From NCBI GenBank assembly GCA_049512935.1, contig JBEKWR010000018.1, forward strand, positions 1 to 37,606: a DNA stretch of 37,606 nt. Direction: 5' to 3'. This document shows positions 34,828 through 37,606 of the stretch, one piece after another; within the stretch, counting starts at the first letter, position 1, and every line of letters starts with the position of its first letter. The DNA comes from Candidatus Bathyarchaeia archaeon (lineage in GTDB: Archaea; Thermoproteota; Bathyarchaeia; Bathyarchaeales; Bathycorpusculaceae). The notes beneath the pieces are model-generated. The model was not told the DNA's origin and did not search any database. It was given only the letters and a program-made list of their open reading frames with translations. The translations under genes and the position numbers were made by a program.

Positions 34828-36084
34828 TTGCAGATTGGATTTTTAGGCGGCGCAAGAGAAGTCGGCAGAATTGGCATAGCAGTTAAATCAGAGAAGACAC
34901 AGGTCGTGTTAGATTACGGCATTATGCTCGGCAATGAGCCTGGTTTCCCAATGCATGTCCCGCCCAAAGAAGTGGACGCATTAATCTTAACTCATAGTCA
35001 CCTGGACCATTCAGGCGCGCTGCCGATCTTCTATATCAACGACTCGAAGCCCCTGTACACGAACAGGCTTAACCTTGAGTTAACGCAGATTCTAATTGAG
35101 GATTTTATTCATTTGTCAAGTTACTATTTGCCGTTTGAGTATCTTGAGCTTAAAACGTTGATGCGAAGCAACCATCATCTGGATTTCGGCGTGGAGGAAA
35201 CCATCGGCGACATGAAGATTAAACTGTTTGATGCGGGGCACACGCCTGGAAGCGCACAGGTGCAGGTTGAAGCAGACGGCAAGAAGATTCTTTTCACCGG
35301 CGACTACAACATGGAAAATACTATGCTGCTAAAGGGCGCAACAATGGACTACGGCGATTTCGACGCGGTCATCACGGAGAGCACCTACGCGAATGAAGAC
35401 CACACGTTGCGGCCTGAACTTGAGAAGAGTTTTGCTGAGGCGGCAACCGACATCGTTGAGCGAGGCGGAACTGTTCTTGTGCCCGCGTTCGGCGTAGGAC
35501 GCGCACAGGAGATTGCGTGTGTGTTGGCGGCAAATCATTTTGAGTTTCCAGTGGTTCTAGACGGGATGGCTAGGGAAGCCAGCAGAATAATAATGGATCA
35601 CAAAGAGTTTCTTAGAGACCCGCGGCTTTTCACGAACGCTATGCATTCGCTTGACTGGGTTGACGGGTGGCGTGACCGCCGGAGGGCTTCGAAGGATCCA
35701 TGCGTTATCATTTCGCCTGCGGGTATGCTGAAGGGTGGTCCATCCCAGTTTTACGTTTCCAAGATAGCTAAGAAGGCGGGAAACGCTATTTTCTTGGTTA
35801 GCTATCAGATTCCTGGGACGCCTGGCAAACAGCTGCTTGATAAGGGTGTGACGACGATTGATGGGAAAGTGCGTAAGGTTAAGGCTCAGTACAGGCATTT
35901 TGATTTCTCATCTCACTGTGGAGCAAGCCAGCTTAAGGAGGGGTTAAGACGGCTCGGAGGCAAACCTAAGGTTTTTGCTGTGCACGGCGCTGAGGGCAAC
36001 TGTGAGTTGTTCGCGAACTGGGCGAAGTCCGAGTTGGGGTTGGATGCCGTGGCGCCGAGGACTGGAGAAACGTACCAGATTTAG
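34828..36084 (+). CDS. Metallo-beta-lactamase/beta-CASP ribonuclease (aCPSF-like, no KH domains)
   Basis: FLGGAREVGR, THSHLDHSG, AGHTPGS, TGD, ESTYA, PAFGVGRAQE, FSSH and VHG. Confidence 0.92.
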   Translation: MQIGFLGGAREVGRIGIAVKSEKTQVVLDYGIMLGNEPGFPMHVPPKEVDALILTHSHLDHSGALPIFYINDSKPLYTNRLNLELTQILIEDFIHLSSYYLPFEYLELKTLMRSNHHLDFGVEETIGDMKIKLFDAGHTPGSAQVQVEADGKKILFTGDYNMENTMLLKGATMDYGDFDAVITESTYANEDHTLRPELEKSFAEAATDIVERGGTVLVPAFGVGRAQEIACVLAANHFEFPVVLDGMAREASRIIMDHKEFLRDPRLFTNAMHSLDWVDGWRDRRRASKDPCVIISPAGMLKGGPSQFYVSKIAKKAGNAIFLVSYQIPGTPGKQLLDKGVTTIDGKVRKVKAQYRHFDFSSHCGASQLKEGLRRLGGKPKVFAVHGAEGNCELFANWAKSELGLDAVAPRTGETYQI

Positions 36085-36093
36085 GCTGTTGCT

Positions 36094-36651
36094 ATGAAGA
36101 TCGGTGTTTTGCCTGTTGGGCAGGTGCCGTCTGAGGTGCTGACCGGGTTAATTCAGGGGTTGCCCAGGGTTTTTCCCGACACTGATTGTTTAGCCGTTAA
36201 GGAGCCTTTGCCTGTGCCAGCCGATGCATTTGTCAAAGACCGTAACCAGTACAGTTCCAGCGTGATTCTTAGTCAAATCAGGCTTTTTGCGGCTTCCAAC
36301 GAGGCGTTTGATCGGGTTTTAGGGGTGGTTGACGTTGACGTTTTTGCGGTTGGGCTCAACTACGTTTTTGGTGAAGCGTACTCTCCTGGTAAGGCGGCGA
36401 TGATTTCTTTGTGGCGGCTTAAACCCAGTTTTTACGGTGAAACTGCTGGGTTGGACGTTCTGTTTTCGCGGGTTCAGAAGGAGGCTGTGCATGAGTTGGG
36501 GCACACTTTGGGTCTGCAGCACTGCGCAAAAGGGTCTTGCGTCATGCATTTTTCTAATTCTGTTTTTGACACGGATAAAAAGGAAAGCTTATTCTGTGGG
36601 CAAGACTATTTGCAGGCAATATTGGCGATTGACAGGTTAGGGTTGCATTAA
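36094..36651 (+). CDS. amzA: Archaemetzincin (M54 zinc metalloprotease)
   Basis: RNQY, LNYVFGEA, KEAVHELGHTLGLQHC and Met-turn CVMHFSNS. Confidence 0.93.
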   Translation: MKIGVLPVGQVPSEVLTGLIQGLPRVFPDTDCLAVKEPLPVPADAFVKDRNQYSSSVILSQIRLFAASNEAFDRVLGVVDVDVFAVGLNYVFGEAYSPGKAAMISLWRLKPSFYGETAGLDVLFSRVQKEAVHELGHTLGLQHCAKGSCVMHFSNSVFDTDKKESLFCGQDYLQAILAIDRLGLH

Positions 36652-37562
36652 TGGCTGAGAATCAGCAGACTGTGGAGCAGCAGAAAAGCAAAGAGCTGGA
36701 TCGTTTCAAGTTTGAAGTTGTTTATTTGCTTCCTGTACTGGCAAGCATCCTTTTCGGTTTAGGCTGCGCTTACCTTCTGCTGCCTCAACCTCAGTCGTCG
36801 GCTCCTCCAGTTACGCCTATAAGCGGCAACAGCCCGTCTGCGCCCGTTGGCAACGCGATTTACTTTGTCGTTCTCGTGGCGATCAGCGCAACCGTGTTTT
36901 ATCTTCTGCTTAAACGGCGAAGCAAAAACATCATCAAAGGCTTGATCTACGTCGCCATGACCGCGGCGTCCCTGCTGCTGTCGCTGTTCTACATAAACGC
37001 GCTTCTCGCCTATGTTCCCAGCTTGAACAGCCTTTTTGTGCTTGTGCCCTTGTCTTTGGTTGTTACGGTGCTGTTTGACGTTGCCGTCTTCCGCTTAGGC
37101 AGCCTGGCTCGAAACGTGGCTGTGGTCGGCATCGGCGGCGCGTTAGGCATCTTCTTCGGCTTCGCCATTCCGCTGTGGAGCGCCGTTTTGATTTTGGCGT
37201 TTTTGGCTGTGTACGATGTTTTCGCGGTTTATCGTGGTCCAGTGGGGAAGATCGCTGAGTCCTCTGGGGGGCTTGATCAGCTTCAGGGTTTAAGTTACTC
37301 GTTTAAGGATATTCAGATGGGGCTGGGTGACTTGGTGTTCTACAGCATGTTGACGGGTTCCATGTTCTTCTACTTCATCCACTCGTACGTTCCCTTCGGG
37401 GTTCTTCCATGCCTGGTTTCGGTGGTGGGCATCATGGCTGGCTCAGTCATTACGCTTTTCATGCTTGAACGCAAAGGAATCTTCCCAGGCTTACCGTTCC
37501 CAATCATGCTTGGCTTAGCCGGCGGCTTGATTACTGGGCTCGTGATCCTGCCGCTTCTCTAG
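36651..37562 (+). CDS. Presenilin-family (A22) intramembrane aspartyl protease
   Basis: About nine TM helices; AVYDVFAV (YD), MGLGDLVFYS (GxGD) and PGLP (PAL equivalent). TAATG-coupled to amzA. Confidence 0.9.
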   Translation: MAENQQTVEQQKSKELDRFKFEVVYLLPVLASILFGLGCAYLLLPQPQSSAPPVTPISGNSPSAPVGNAIYFVVLVAISATVFYLLLKRRSKNIIKGLIYVAMTAASLLLSLFYINALLAYVPSLNSLFVLVPLSLVVTVLFDVAVFRLGSLARNVAVVGIGGALGIFFGFAIPLWSAVLILAFLAVYDVFAVYRGPVGKIAESSGGLDQLQGLSYSFKDIQMGLGDLVFYSMLTGSMFFYFIHSYVPFGVLPCLVSVVGIMAGSVITLFMLERKGIFPGLPFPIMLGLAGGLITGLVILPLL

Positions 37563-37606
37563 GGCTTTTGGTTTCATTCGTGCTTTTTGTGTTGGTTTTC
37601 TTTCAC

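Overview
Archaeal chromosomal window, most likely Bathyarchaeia. The taxonomy is inferred from SmAP3, a PUA-less TgtA, YSLDG-type Ig repeats, a beta-helix surface protein and archaeal TATA/SD signals. Housekeeping genes are acdB, a PfkB kinase, glmU, SmAP3, PAC2, tgtA, a PHP hydrolase, a beta-CASP RNase, archaemetzincin and a presenilin with eukaryote-like motifs. There are three accessory zones. (1) 2.0-3.9 kb: relBE and abrB-vapC toxin-antitoxin (TA) modules, both with apparently disabled toxins. The vapBC module is bracketed by a direct repeat of the 3' end of acdB. (2) 4.9-16.9 kb: a complete non-archaellum type IV pilus-like locus with an ATPase, a double TadC-type platform protein, five pilin-like proteins up to about 1145 aa and a prepilin peptidase. 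The largest pilin is followed by a decayed, divergent copy of its own core C-terminus. (3) 24.2-31.0 kb: a region punctuated by three tRNA-Leu-like 3' fragments and a pseudo-tRNA, carrying an AT3 acyltransferase plus SGNH hydrolase, a TIR protein lacking the catalytic Glu, an ABC exporter, hicBA and a collapsed vapBC relic. No integrase and no intact tRNA is present. The recurring signal is small cargo lying between a gene end and a displaced copy of that same gene end. All family assignments come from motif recognition by eye; no searches were run.
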